From Mustelus asterias (taxonomy: Eukaryota), in contig NC_135823.1 of the NCBI RefSeq assembly GCF_964213995.1, positions 44,082,001 to 44,146,000 on the forward strand: a stretch of 64,000 bases of DNA, written 5' to 3'. Below the pieces are notes generated by a model. The model was not told where the DNA came from, made no database searches, and worked only from the letters and a program-made list of their open reading frames with translations. Positions 52,078 to 64,000 of this stretch are shown here, piece after piece (within the stretch, counting starts at the first letter, position 1; every line of letters starts with the position of its first letter). The position numbers and the translations under genes were made by a program.

Positions 52078-52158
52078 ACACTAAGAACCCTCATTGTTGG
52101 TCAGAAGAAGAAATAGCTCATTTGTATGATTATACCAATGTGCTGCTTGCGGCTGATG
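52078..52158 (+). CDS. METTL22: METTL22 coding exon 7
   Basis: tttcag|(D)TKNPHCWSEEEIAHLYDYTNVLLAAD|gtagg; 81 nt. Confidence 0.95.
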
Positions 52159-52820
52159 GTAGGAGGTTTTTATGAATATATCTTTGTATTAAAACGTCCG
52201 TACTGCAGAACTTTTAAATGCTTCAATGTATTTCTGAATATTTTGAAATAAACCAGAATCTTTCCATACATAGAAGGGCAAAGTTTTTCTAACATTATGT
52301 TTGTGTCTTTTTATACATATATAGCAGCCTGTAGCTGGTTACAGCCCCTCTTAAGATCACCAGAAGACCAGATATAATAACTTATTTCTTTTATCATTAT
52401 TATATACTGCCTGGAAAACTGAGCCAAACTTCAGCTGGGCTTCTTTCTCTTATTTTTTAAAAACTTTTTAATTTTACTTTAATTACAGTTTATTTATTTA
52501 TTCGTGTCACAAGTAGGCTTGCATTAACACTGCAATGAAGTTACTGTGAAAATCTCCTAGTCGTCACACTCTGGCGTCTGTTTGGGTTTTATTCTATTTA
52601 TTACTTAAAATTAATGCGTATTTCACTATCATAAATTGATCTGGATGCAATCATCTGTATTTTCCTCCCTAAATCTTTTCACCTCCATCTTCTTCAAGAT
52701 CTTCCTTCAAGCTCATTGGTTTGACCAAGCTTTTAGTCAACCTTCCTAACCAGCTGAATCTTGATGGAATAATAGTGCCTGCTTAAATCAACCAGCAAGT
52801 TCAAAGGATTAAGAAATAAA

Positions 52821-53140
52821 GGGAGCGATGTTACGAAAAAAAATTTAAGTCCAGGGCGAGCCTGAAAATGGGAGAGTTTCTGATCTGTTTTTTGGGCGAG
52901 TTCAAATCTGCAATCTTATCCACCTAGACAAAAAAAACCCCTCAAATCTAGTTTCTGCCCTGTGGGGGAGGGTCGGGGCTTAAATCGCCCGAGTGACATC
53001 TGGTGCCAGAAATATCGCGAGAGGCATGAAATTGGGCACAACCCTGATTTCTCAGATCTTGCACGATCCTACTGGCTCGCCCAGCCTATCAACCGGCAAG
53101 GGCGCAATGGTAAGTTCACCGCCCCCCCCCCCCCCGCCCC
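52821..53140. mobile_element. Internally deleted copy of the 50070-51050 element family
   Basis: Both termini are similar to those of 50070-51050. Confidence 0.5.
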
Positions 53141-54784
53141 CAAAGTGTGAGTGAGTTGCCAATCTCTCGAACTTGCTGCTTGATTTATACTATTCTGTGT
53201 TAGATTTACATAAATGGCACCACACCCTTCACCTCCACATTACTTTTAAGAACTTGCTGGATTTATACATTAACTTCCCATTAAACCTGCCACAGAAAGT
53301 TAGGGTTGAAGTATATGATAATTGTTAATGAAATGCCCATGAACCTCTCTGACCCTCACTGGATCTGTAGTTTTTTAACTTAGTGTAAAAAAAAGTGATG
53401 TTCAGTGTCAACATTCAGAGCCAGAGCTTTCATATTTACACCAACTCGCAAAACCGTAATGTTTCAGACTGTTAGCTGAGGACAATCACTGGTCCTGAAA
53501 GAGAACAGTTTAAACTGTTCCACTTCATTCCTTCATGTTGTAAATTGTTAGCGATTTTAAAAATGCTCCTCTTTATTTCTCAGTCTATACCTGTTTTGAC
53601 TCTCATTTACCAGTTTCCTTCTCCCTCGACCTCTGTTTCATTCTCCACCTCTAAATCTGCAGGAAATGCACTGCTGGTTCCACCATTCAGTCAGGTCCCT
53701 GATGCCCCATTCCCCTCACCATGACCTTGAGTCCTAGCTTCCAAGCCTCAGGTCAATGTAAAAGGGGGGTACCCCAAAATGTGATGGACATCCCCTACCC
53801 CTCCACACTGGAAGTTCCTAAATAAGGTTTCCTCTGCAATTGCCCGAGAAGTACAAACTTTCCATGGACAATTGCCCTCCACTGGGAACCATTCGGAAAT
53901 ATGATTTAAATCACTAACTTTGGGCAGCTCCAAATGTCTGACATCAATAGTTACCCAGAAAAGTTAGTTGGATTAAAACCACTTCTAGCTTCTGGGTAGC
54001 TGTTGTACAGACTGAACCTCCTACTGGCCTCAGAAAATACCCCCGAAACCCCACAGGACTCCCCCACACCCAACAAAACTTCCCCACCCCTGACTACTCA
54101 CCCCACACAACTTCTTGCCAACCCCTGAATCCTCAACAGACTCCCCCACCACCCTCACAACCCCCTCACCACACTCATCCTATGGGAATCCCCACCCCTT
54201 GTAACTCTTTCTCCTACTCCCTCAACTCCATGGGACCCCCCAATTCCAGAATATCACCCCCATCCCCCTTGCCCACGTGACTCTTTCTCCACCCCCGCAC
54301 AGGGCTCTTCCCCCACCCCGTCCCAACGGTCCAGCTACCAACCTCCCCACAACCATCCCAAGGTCTCGCCCCCGACCTCCCCAACTATAACCACCCGCCA
54401 ACAGATCTGACCTCACAAATCTTACCCACTCACCTTATTCACTTATTTTTCTAGTTTGTCAAAAGACCTTTGAACTTACCTGCTTCACAGCTGCTAATGC
54501 TGTAAAAAAGTGGGTGTGGCTTACTTATCTGCAACAGAACTAACTTTGACAATAGGCCCCGATAACAGGTTGCACTGCATAGGTCTTGCCCGGCCTGAGT
54601 CGGAAGGTTGGGCAAAGATAGGATCGGCTGGATTTTCAGGTAAATACTTTCGAGTGGAGCGAAAATCCGACTCAATTGCCAGTCCTGAGGAAGTTATGGC
54701 CTCTTATCAGCTTCTTCATTCCGGCAGGTTATGGTGCAAAATATTTTTGAGTAGAAGGATGTCTAACTAACAGCGCACACCGCG

Positions 54785-55112
54785 AGATAGATTTCATAGA
54801 AATAGATTTCATATAATCCCTACAGTGCAGAAGGACACCATTCAGCCCATCAAGTCTGCACTGACCACAATCCCACCCAGGTCCTATCCCTATAACCCTG
54901 CTAATCTCCCTGACACTAAGAGGCAATTTAGTATGGCCAATCAACCTAACCCACATATCTTTGGACGGTGGGAGGAAACCGGAGCACCCGGAGGAAACCC
55001 ACACAGACACTGGGAAAGCGTGCAGACTCCACACAGACAGTGACCCAAGTCGGGAATCGAACCTGGGTGCCTGGCGCTGTGAGGCAGCAGCACTAACCAC
55101 TGTGCAACCGTG
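54785..55112 (-). mobile_element. HE1-type V-SINE, CR1-type tail
   Basis: Reverse-complement copy. Confidence 0.88.
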
Positions 55113-55163
55113 CAGTGAAATACAGACCATTATCTCCTTTAAGGCAGCATCCATTTTTGCCTT

Positions 55164-55479
55164 CATAGAATCATAGAATCCCTACAGTGGAGAAGGAGGC
55201 CATTCGGCCCATCGAGTCTGCACCGACCACAATCCTACCCAGGCCCCATGACCCCATGCATTTACCTTAGCTAGTCCCCATGACACTAAGGGTCAATTTA
55301 GCATTGCCAGTCCACCTAACCCGCACATCTTTGGAGTGTGGGAGGAAACCAGAGCACCTGGAGGAAACCCACGAGGAGAATGTGCAAACTGCACATAGAC
55401 AGTGGCCCAAGCCAGGAATTGAACCAGATTCCTGGTGCTTTGAGGCAGCAGTACTAACCACTGTGCCACCGTGCCGCCC
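55164..55479 (-). mobile_element. HE1-type V-SINE, CR1-type tail
   Basis: Reverse-complement copy. Confidence 0.88.
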
Positions 55480-56519
55480 TTCTAGGAAGTGCCTTTGATA
55501 ATTTGCCTTGTTTAAAGGCATTGTATAAATGTGAGGCAGTAAGCTGATTTCTAGAATCAACTATGCATATTTCATGTTCTGCGTGTTATTTTTCCTACAT
55601 CTATTTATACCACCTATTATCCACAAATCTTTCATTCTGTTGTGGAACTTACTAGAAACGTAACAGTTGACGGGATGATGCCACTGAATCTGCTTACTGT
55701 GAATCCAGGATGCTCTTTCTCAGGACTGCTTGTAATCCCAGCAGTGGCCACCACTCCTGCCCGGTGTTGCTGGAAATACAGATCTGTCGACCATCCAATT
55801 GACCACTCTCTAAAATGTGACGTCCTCCCAAGATAGGGGCAGAAGTCTCGACAAAAGCGCTATAACACTGCTGCCACTGTCCGGTTGCTGTGGAACAGCT
55901 GACAGGATTGTGGGTGGGCTCACCACTGACATTTTAGCCAGGTCTGGGGGATTCGGGAGGAGGTGCACGGTGGGAATTATAGCGCCCCAAAAATTCCAGC
56001 CCTGAGCCACAGCATTCATATTCACACCGACACTCAAAATCATAGTATTCTGTATTGTAACCTAAGGACCCTCTCAAGAAATGGTCACCTGTGACGATTA
56101 TATTGAAAAATTAATGTCTGACAAAGTGCCATGCTCCAAATGGCTGCAGTGAATAGAATGACAGCCAACGGCGAATGAACAACACTATCCATTTGTCGCA
56201 ATTATATTTTCCCACAGACTCTTTTGCACCGGAGACTTTTGTAATTAGAAAGCCATTTGGCCACAGCTGCCTCTGCAGGGAATCTAGAACCCTCAGTGAA
56301 TGGGGCAAGCAACCATGTGATTTACCAATCAGATTGAAGAATCATTAATGAGCAGTGCAGAATCTGAATCAGGAAGTTTCAGTGTCAAACCATGTACACA
56401 GACAAATAGAAAGAAAGAGAAAAACATTGAATGGGTAATCCCTAAATCTTCCTGCTGTAGGAACGCATCGTCTAAGTACAACAACTCCACACCAGTTAAA
56501 GAGTTTTAATGCTGTGTAT

Positions 56520-56872
56520 CTCAGTGACACAGTGGTTAGCACTGCTGCCTCACAGCGCCAGGGACCCGGGTCCAATTCCGTCCGAGGGTGACTGTCTGTG
56601 TGGAGTTTGTACATTCTTTCCATGCCTGTGTCAGTTTCCTCTGGGTCCTCCAGTTTCCTCCCACAGTCCAAAGATGTGCAGATTTGGGGGACTGACCATG
56701 CTAAATGGCCCCTTAGTGTCCAAACATGTGTAAATTAGATGGATTAGCCATGGTAAGTGTGTAGGGTTACAGGGATAGGGTGGGGAGATGGCATGGGCAA
56801 GATACTCTGTGAGAGAGTCGGTGCAAACCCGATGGGCCGAATAGCCTCTTCTGCACTATAGGGATTCTATGA
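56520..56872 (+). mobile_element. HE1-type V-SINE, CR1-type tail
   Basis: Diverged full-length copy. Confidence 0.85.
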
Positions 56873-57364
56873 AATACTACTGGAGGAGCAATTCGGGTGG
56901 CAACTTTCTGAGTTCCACATTCAGCTGCTTGTAAAGTCAGCAGAAGTTATTGTGCAAATTATTGTTTCATAACAGTGTGTTGGATACTCTCACCATTATT
57001 TCAATATTGCAAGCAGTGTCTCAGAAAGGAGCAGCAATTACTCTTTAGCTGAGCTTTAGCAGCAAATGATACATTGGAGATTAGATTGTATAATATTCCT
57101 GGCTTTCTAAATTGCACACCCTCTAATTTCACTTTGAACAGTGTTGCAGGAGATCCACTAGAACCCTCTAAGTGGATGAACAAAAACATGCCCTGCTATG
57201 TTGTTCCTGCCTTATCCAGTTTGGCCAAGAAAGCTGAGATTAAGTCAATTACTCAAACCCAAGCACAACTCAAGAGCCACTAAATACTGTCTCCTTTATC
57301 ACTCAGATCTTCCATTCAATCCTACCATCTAATTTTATTCCAGTTTCCACAGTTCCCACTGTGG

Positions 57365-57722
57365 GTGTTTTGGTGGCACAGTGGTTAGCACTGCTGTCTC
57401 TCAGCGCCAGGGACCCAGGTTCAATTCTGGCCTTGGGTGACTGTGTGGAGTTTGCACGTTCTTCCCTTGCCTGCATGGGTTTCCCCTGGGTGTTCCAGTT
57501 TCCTCCCACAGTCCATAGGTGTATAGGTTAGGTGGATTGGCCATGCTAAAATTGTCCCTTAGTGTCCAAAGATGTGTAGGTTAGGTGGATTGGTAAGGTA
57601 AATGCACGGGGCTACAGGAATAAGGCGGGAGGTGTGGGCCTGGGTAAGATGCTCTTTCAGAGAGTCGGTGCAGACTCAATGGGCTGAATGGCCTCCTTCT
57701 GCACTGTAGGGATTCTATGATT
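57365..57722 (+). mobile_element. HE1-type V-SINE, CR1-type tail
   Basis: Full-length copy. Confidence 0.85.
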
Positions 57723-58124
57723 CAGTTATCTGCCTTTTGTACTTTATTATATAGAGCTTCCATTAAACTCCACCATCTCCAATATGGCCCTCCAAATTGT
57801 CATTCTGTCACTTCCACAATCCATGCGGCACACATAATCTGTCCAGCACAACCTTAAAAGCCGAAACATTTATTACTGTTGCACTTTTGTCTTAATCACT
57901 TTGCCCTCATTTCGCCAGTCTATATTCTCCTGAAGTCTCCTACTATCCGCCTGTTCACTGCAATTCTAGTCCGTGTTGCCTGCAAAATTTGAAATTATGC
58001 TCCTTGTTCCAGAGTCCTGGTCATTAATGTGTATCAGCAAGAGCAGCAGTCCCATTAGTGACCCCTGGGAGATTTCACTGTATATTTCTCCCCTTTCTGG
58101 TTAATAACTATTCATCATTATTCA

Positions 58125-58473
58125 GTAGAAATCGTAGAAACCATACAGTACAGAAAGAGGCCATTCGGCCCATCGAGTCTGCACCGACCACAATCCCACC
58201 CAGGCCCTATCCCCATATCCCTACATATTTACCCACTAATCCCTCTAACCTACGCATCTCAGGACACTACGGGCAATTTTTTTTTAGCATGGCCAATCAA
58301 CCTAACCCGCACATCTTTGGACTGTGGGAGGAAACCGGAGCACCTGGAGGAAACCCACGCAGACACGAGGAAAATGTGCAAACTCCACACAGACAGTGAC
58401 CCAAGCCGGGAATCGAACCCAGGTCCCTGGAGCTGTGAAGCAGCAGTGCTAACCACTGTGCTAGCGTGCCGCC
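58125..58473 (-). mobile_element. HE1-type V-SINE, CR1-type tail
   Basis: Near-identical to 6299-6646. Confidence 0.9.
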
Positions 58474-59068
58474 TTTCTGTTTCTGTTTCTTAGCCAATAT
58501 TGTATCCACATTGCAACTACCACTTTAATCCCATAGGGGAAATATGCGTTTCGCCAGTTATGGCTTGGTTCAGAAGGCTGTCATCTGCCTTGCCCCATTA
58601 GTAAAATCGTAACTTCAGACAAGTCTCTAATGTTTTTTTCCTCCTGCCATTTATCTGAGTGTCTAATTATTGCTCTGGATTAGTTATCTTGTTTGCCAGT
58701 TGGCTTTCTATTCTATTTTTAACCACTGTTTTTGTCTCTCCGCATTTTCTTCACAAGTTATTTGCAGAGATTTGAATACAATTTTATTCTTGTTTTCTAA
58801 ATACTGTTGGTCACATGGATGGGGATGCAAAAAATATCAGCCATGATTAAATGGCGGAGAAGACTCGATGGGCCGAGTGGTCTAATTCTGCTCCTATGTC
58901 TTATGGTCTTATGATGATTGGTTTATGCCTGTAACAGGTTTCCATTTTTGCCCATTCAATTTTGAGCCTTTTTCGGCAAATAACAATTACTAACATCATC
59001 TTTGTTGCTTTCCATTGAGGAACATCCTTTTTTTAAAAAAGAGTAGAAAGTTTATTTTAACCTCTCCG

Positions 59069-59393
59069 TGGGGTGGCACGGTGGCACAGTGGTTAGCTCT
59101 GCTGACTCACAGTGCCAAGGATCCGGGTTCAATTCCAGCCTTGGGTGATTGTTTGTGTGGAGTTTGCACATTCTCCCCGTGTCTACGTGGGTTTCCTCCG
59201 GGTGCTCCGGTTTCCTTGCACAGTCCTAAGATGTGTGGGTTTGGTTGATTGGCCATGCTAAATTGTCCCTTAGTGTCAGGGGAATTAGCAGGGTAAATAC
59301 ATGGGTTTACAGGGATAGGACCTGGATGGGATTGTTGTCGGTGCAGGCTCGATGGGCCAAATGACCTCCTTCTGCACTGTCGGGATTCTATGA
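59069..59393 (+). mobile_element. HE1-type V-SINE, CR1-type tail
   Basis: Full-length copy. Confidence 0.88.
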
Positions 59394-60179
59394 CTGTCCA
59401 AAAGGGCAGGCTAAGAATAATTTAAGCTGGGAAGGAGTGCATCATTTTATGTATCTCAAGTAAGCTTTCAGAATAGAGGCTAAAGAGGTGCCCATCCATT
59501 TCAGAATCTACCCAGCCAAATTCGTTATCACACAGGAGGCATGAGAGTAATTTACAGAGCTAATTATCATATGAACATCAGTTAAAGCAAACTCTGTGTT
59601 GTATAAATAATGGTGAGGGAGCCTTGTCAGTTTGTCTGCAAACTCATACCTGTATTGTGCTGATTCTGTAATCCTTCAAAGAAAATGCACAGATCCAATC
59701 TCAAACACCTTCCCATAATGCTTTACATAAGAACATAGAGAATAGGAGCAGGAAGGGGCCATTCGGCCCTCCAATAATTCCTTGTTTTTCCTCTACCTCC
59801 CTTTTTAAACAGTTGGGTTACATTACCCTCCAATCTGTAGGAACTGTTCCAGAATCTTGGAAGATAACACTCTAACTGTCATCTGTGGTCAAGAATGCTG
59901 AGTAAGTACCACACATTCATGGCATAGGGACTTCATTTCCTCTTACACCTTTGATTCTGAATTGATTCACTGATTTTACGTCAGTATCTCATCTAATCAA
60001 CATATTGCATTGGAGCATCTAATCAACATATTGCACTTGGTTGTCAAGTGGTCTTAAACACCTGAAGTGGAGTCATTTGGAGCGGTGTTCATTTTTAGTG
60101 TGAACATCGAGTATGTGGGTGAGGCACCCAGTTCCATTTACCCTCTATTAAGTATATCCCTTTCTATTTTTTATTGCAG

Positions 60180-60282
60180 TATTCTATGATGATGATTTGA
60201 CAGATGCATTTTTTCAGACAATCTACAGAATTTTGAGTAATCTGAAAAATCGGAGCATCATTTATCTTTCTGTAGAGAAAAG
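60180..60282 (+). CDS. METTL22: METTL22 coding exon 8 (gene continues beyond the window)
   Basis: ttgcag|(V)FYDDDLTDAFFQTIYRILSNLKNRSIIYLSVEK(R)|gtaag; 103 nt. Confidence 0.96.
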
Positions 60283-60569
60283 GTAAGTCTAAAAAGGAAA
60301 TTCACAGGAACTGATGAGTGTATGTTGTGTAAACTGCCTTATCTGTGTTCTGGTGAAAATTTTGCAAGAAAACATATCAGAAACTAATGTACAATGCTAT
60401 TAATTGTACGTCAAAAAATGCTGTCAGCATTCTTCCTTCTTGCTAACATTAATAAACATAGAATAAGTAGAGAAACATAATTATATCATGCCATATTCTT
60501 AGTTTCCTGCCAAAGGGGAAAGTTGTTTAATGGAAGTGTTTGTCAGTGCTACTGTTCAAATCAGTTAAC

Positions 60570-60770
60570 AGAGTAAGAAGTTTAACAACACCAGGTTAAA
60601 GTCCAACAGGTTTATTTGGTAGCAAATGCCACTAGCTTTCGGAACAGGCTGTCCCTTTGTCAGGTGGAGTGGAGAAATGCTCACAAACAGGGCATACAGA
60701 GACACAAACTCAATTTACAGAATAATGATTGGATTCCAATCATTTAACCTGGTGTTGTTAAAACTCTTCC
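60570..60770 (-). mobile_element. Penelope-like 3' fragment with a mutated hammerhead and a short inverted terminal copy
   Basis: Homologous to 29273-29430; minus strand CCAC-CTGACAA-AGGGACA-GCC-TGTTCC-GAAAGCTA-GTGG; TTTAACCTGGTGTTGTTAAA near 60743-60762 inverts its start. Confidence 0.75.
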
Positions 60771-61744
60771 TGTCTTTTTATGCACTATTGTTGAGCTTTC
60801 CTCCTTCATTCTTATGCCTTTTCCTCTCTTTGCTTTCACATATATCTCTATCCTTGTCTACTCATACTTTCCCCCCCCCCTCTTTCATATACTTTTGTTT
60901 TTATTTTTCTCTTTTTCTCCCTAATGTTGGATGTTGAGCATTATGGCTATTTGGATCGTAATGAAAAGGGATGTCAGTGATGTTACTAGAGTTAGGGTTG
61001 AGCAGTCTATTAATTAGAAATTATTGGCTATCTCGCTCAATCTTTGTAGGTTTGATCAGTTAGTTGTCCCAAAGCAGGCTGCTCATTTGTTCCTACGCCA
61101 CTACAGAGTGAGATGAGCATTAGCAGTAAAAACTTGGACCTCTGTAAAAACGCTGCCAGTGAACTTGTGGACTTTGAAAATAACTATCAGGCATAGATAC
61201 AGCCACAGGCTCTGCCACCAGGAGCACAGTAGATTGTTAACCAGTTTTCCACCTTAGCTCTGGACCTTCAGTTTTGTACATTCCTCAGGCAGGTCCAATG
61301 GAAAGAGGTGTGCAGCACTGCTGGGATCAGGAATTGCATACCATCCAATGCACTCCTGCTGAGAAAATCTATAGTATTGCCCGAATCTTTTTCCTCGAAA
61401 TCCAGTGAACCTATCTACTGTTTCTGTTATGCAAGAAAAAAAACCTGAAGCACCACATTTTCATTTCATTTGTTTGAGGAAAATACTTCAACTTATCATA
61501 AATAGATTGCATCTTGTTGTAAATACAGCCTGAACTGTGTCCTTGATCTACATCCCAGGCCAGTTTTCTTCCCTTTTCTCCAATCTTCCTGTCCTGTAGA
61601 TGATCACTCTGACTATTCTTATTCTTATTCTGTTTGATGCTAATCATCCTTCTGTACTTTGTCCAAATGGCCATTCTCCATGTGTGAACCTGGACATTGA
61701 ACACTGGCTAGCTGTCTAACCATTGTGAACATCAAAGCTAAACA

Positions 61745-62128
61745 TGACACTGTGCGCAAACCAGCCTCCCAACCATTGACTCTGTCTACACTTCCTGCTG
61801 CCTTGGCAAAGCAGCCAGCATAATTAAGGACCTCACACACCCCGGACATTCTCTCTTCCACCTTCTTCCGTCATGAAAAAGATACAAAAGTCTGAGGTCA
61901 TGTATCAACCGACTCAAGAACAGCTTCTATCCTGCTGTCATCAAACTTTTGAATGGATCTACCTTGCATTAAATCGACCTTTCCCTGCACCCTAGCTATG
62001 ACTGTAACACTACATTCTGCACTCTCTCGTTTCCTTCTCTATGAACAGTATGTTTTGTCTGTATAGTGCGCAAGAAACAATACTTTTCACTGTATGCTAA
62101 TACATGTGACAATAATAAATCAAATCAA
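61745..62128 (+). mobile_element. Rex1-type LINE 3' fragment
   Basis: Homologous to 30755-31215; (AATCA)n tail. Confidence 0.82.
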
Positions 62129-62963
62129 AGTCTTTTTCTGAAGTTTACGTGGGCATTTTGCAGCATGTAGCGAGTGCAATGCTATTAGTGGATTCTCATC
62201 TCTGGATCCCTGGAGCATTTAATTCTATTGCCTTTAAAACAGACCCTTTCTTACATCTGATTATAATGAATCAGGTATTCAAAATTGTCTATTGGTTTTT
62301 TGTAAAATGATGCTTATCTGTCCTAGAGTGAAAATGATCTTTGAGTTATTGCATTTGATCCCTACGTGAAACATACAGCAGCTGCAGTGTAAAATAAATG
62401 AGGCAGAAGCAACTCAGAATGAAGTGCTGTCAGCTCTTGGTTGCACCACAACTCTTAATTTTATTTCTGTTCTCTGAGCTTTTCTTTTAAAGAGCAACGT
62501 TTGTATTTTTAGCAGTGAAGCCCAGCAGGGCCTTCCAAAGACTTTCCAGTCAGAAATGAAAGCTGTCATCGTACAAGATCCACATGAACAGCAGTTTTGT
62601 GCTGTTCTGGAATCTGTCCTGCAAAGCAAATGAACCAATTTGCGCGACAGTGGAAGAATCACTTGAACATGTCTTAACATAAAGGCAGCACCTGCGCAAT
62701 AGTAAAAAATAGAGTTGAGGCGCTAATTGCAAATTGTTTTAAATGTGTCCATTGGCATTTTCCCTGTTGTAACTGTTGCCAAATGGACTACCTGGTTTAC
62801 AATCTTAATATAAAATTCTTCAGTGATTGCCTGCTTGGAATGCTTATGAAAAAGTACAGCAGATTGTTTCTTTAAGGCAAGAATCTTGGGTGGAGTGTGA
62901 GGAGGCAGACGACGCAGTCTCCCCTCCACAATAATGGTCTAGCAGCTGTGGCCACAAATAATT

Positions 62964-63300
62964 TTTTTTTAATACTTTTCCAATTCAATCAAATCAAATC
63001 CAATTCAGAGTCTCAACAAGTTGAGACATTTCGGATCCAGGCTGACAAGACAGGGCGAGCGACCAAACCACCCTGTCCTGGGCCTGATCTACATGAGCCA
63101 AGCTGATTGGAGAAGGGGGAGGTTACTCCTCCAAGACTTGAGCTCATTTGCATCTTAGCCAAAAGGCCGAGATGCCGCTTTTAAAAATTGCTTCATATGA
63201 AACATATGAAGCCTCAGCGTAACCTAATGACCTCGACCAAGTGCGGCCGACCATGGGCTGCCGACCATACACTTGATCTTAGCCAAAAGGCCGAGAAGCG
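62964..63300 (-). mobile_element. U2 snRNA-headed retroposed element (candidate SINE or chimeric retrocopy)
   Basis: Minus strand begins CGCTTCTCGGCCTTTTGGCTAAGATCAAGTGTA (U2 nt 3-35; 63300-63268); second U2 segment (nt 7-27) at 63172-63152; A-tail (T-run 62962-62970); TSD GCCACAAATAATT at 62951-62963 and 63300-63312. Confidence 0.85.
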
Positions 63301-63699
63301 CCACAAATAATTATCTAATTTCCTTACACCTTCAGTGTGTCTTCACCCTTGAGGTGCCCTCATGTTCACCTGCCTGTTGCAGTTGAGCCCTCCTCTCTAG
63401 ATGGAGCTTGTAGTCTTGACCAGGAAGTGTAGACAGACTTTTTTGTAAACTACAGTTTGATGAAGCCGTCTTCGAAAAGGAATCAAAATAGACTGGCACA
63501 ATAAGCTGTTGTCCACAGTATTTTGACTGATGCAATAGCTTATAAAATTCAGTATGAAGGCTGCTACCCAGGGGATCCAAATCCTTTCAGTGATCAGAGA
63601 TTCCCAAGTTGCTGAAGCATAACTTTTCGTTTCCCTGGTATTCTCAGCAATCTCCACCAACAAGTTTTACTGTACATCAAACTGTAGTTTACAAAAAAG

Positions 63700-64000
63700 C
63701 CTGTCTACATTTCCCGCTGCCTCGGGGACATTCTCTCTTCCACCTTCTTTCATTGGGAAAAAGATACAAAAGTCTGAGGTCACATACCAACCGACTCAAG
63801 AACAGCTTCTTCCCTGCTGCTGTCAGACTTTTGAATGGACTTACTTTGCATTAAGTTGCTTTTTCTCTACACCCTAGCTACGACTGTAACACTACATTCC
63901 GCACTCTCTCCTTTCCTTCTCTATGAACGGTATGCTTTGTACAGTGCGCAAGAAACAATACTCTTCACTGTATACTAATACATGTGACAATAAATCAAAT
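63700..64000 (+). mobile_element. Rex1-type LINE 3' fragment
   Basis: RYKSLRSHTNRLKNSFFPAAVRLLN plus a 3' UTR like 61870-62128. Confidence 0.82.

Noticed and set aside
63268-63300. Functional U2 snRNA gene
   Set aside because: Only nt 3-35 are present, followed by unrelated sequence, an A-tail and a TSD.
60283-64000. Remaining METTL22 exons (expected LNFTL..CEAY..)
   Set aside because: No matching coding sequence was found; presumed beyond the window.

Overview
Vertebrate genomic DNA, very probably a shark or other elasmobranch (inferred from abundant HE1/V-SINEs, CR1, Rex1 and Penelope-like repeats). One host gene is present: METTL22 on the + strand. It has eight GT-AG coding exons from 25118 to 60282 (971 nt, phases consistent). 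The last exons lie beyond the window and I could not place the 5' non-coding exon. Most of the rest is transposon-derived. A young, nearly intact Gypsy LTR retrotransposon (16397-21116, 5-bp TSD GACGG) sits inside a 31-bp minisatellite. There are also many SINE, CR1, L2 and Rex1 fragments, a decayed hAT transposase, and Penelope-like pieces carrying minimal hammerhead ribozymes. Two observations stand out. (1) The Gypsy element has no tRNA primer-binding site; in its place is a perfect 15-nt complement of the AATAAA-containing segment of its own LTR, suggesting self-priming and/or poly(A)-signal occlusion. (2) A structured ~340-bp retroposed element with a U2 snRNA-derived head, a second internal U2 segment, a poly(A) tail and a 12-13-bp TSD is a candidate snRNA-headed SINE. 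Family names come from motif recognition, not database searches. Coordinates of old repeat fragments are approximate.
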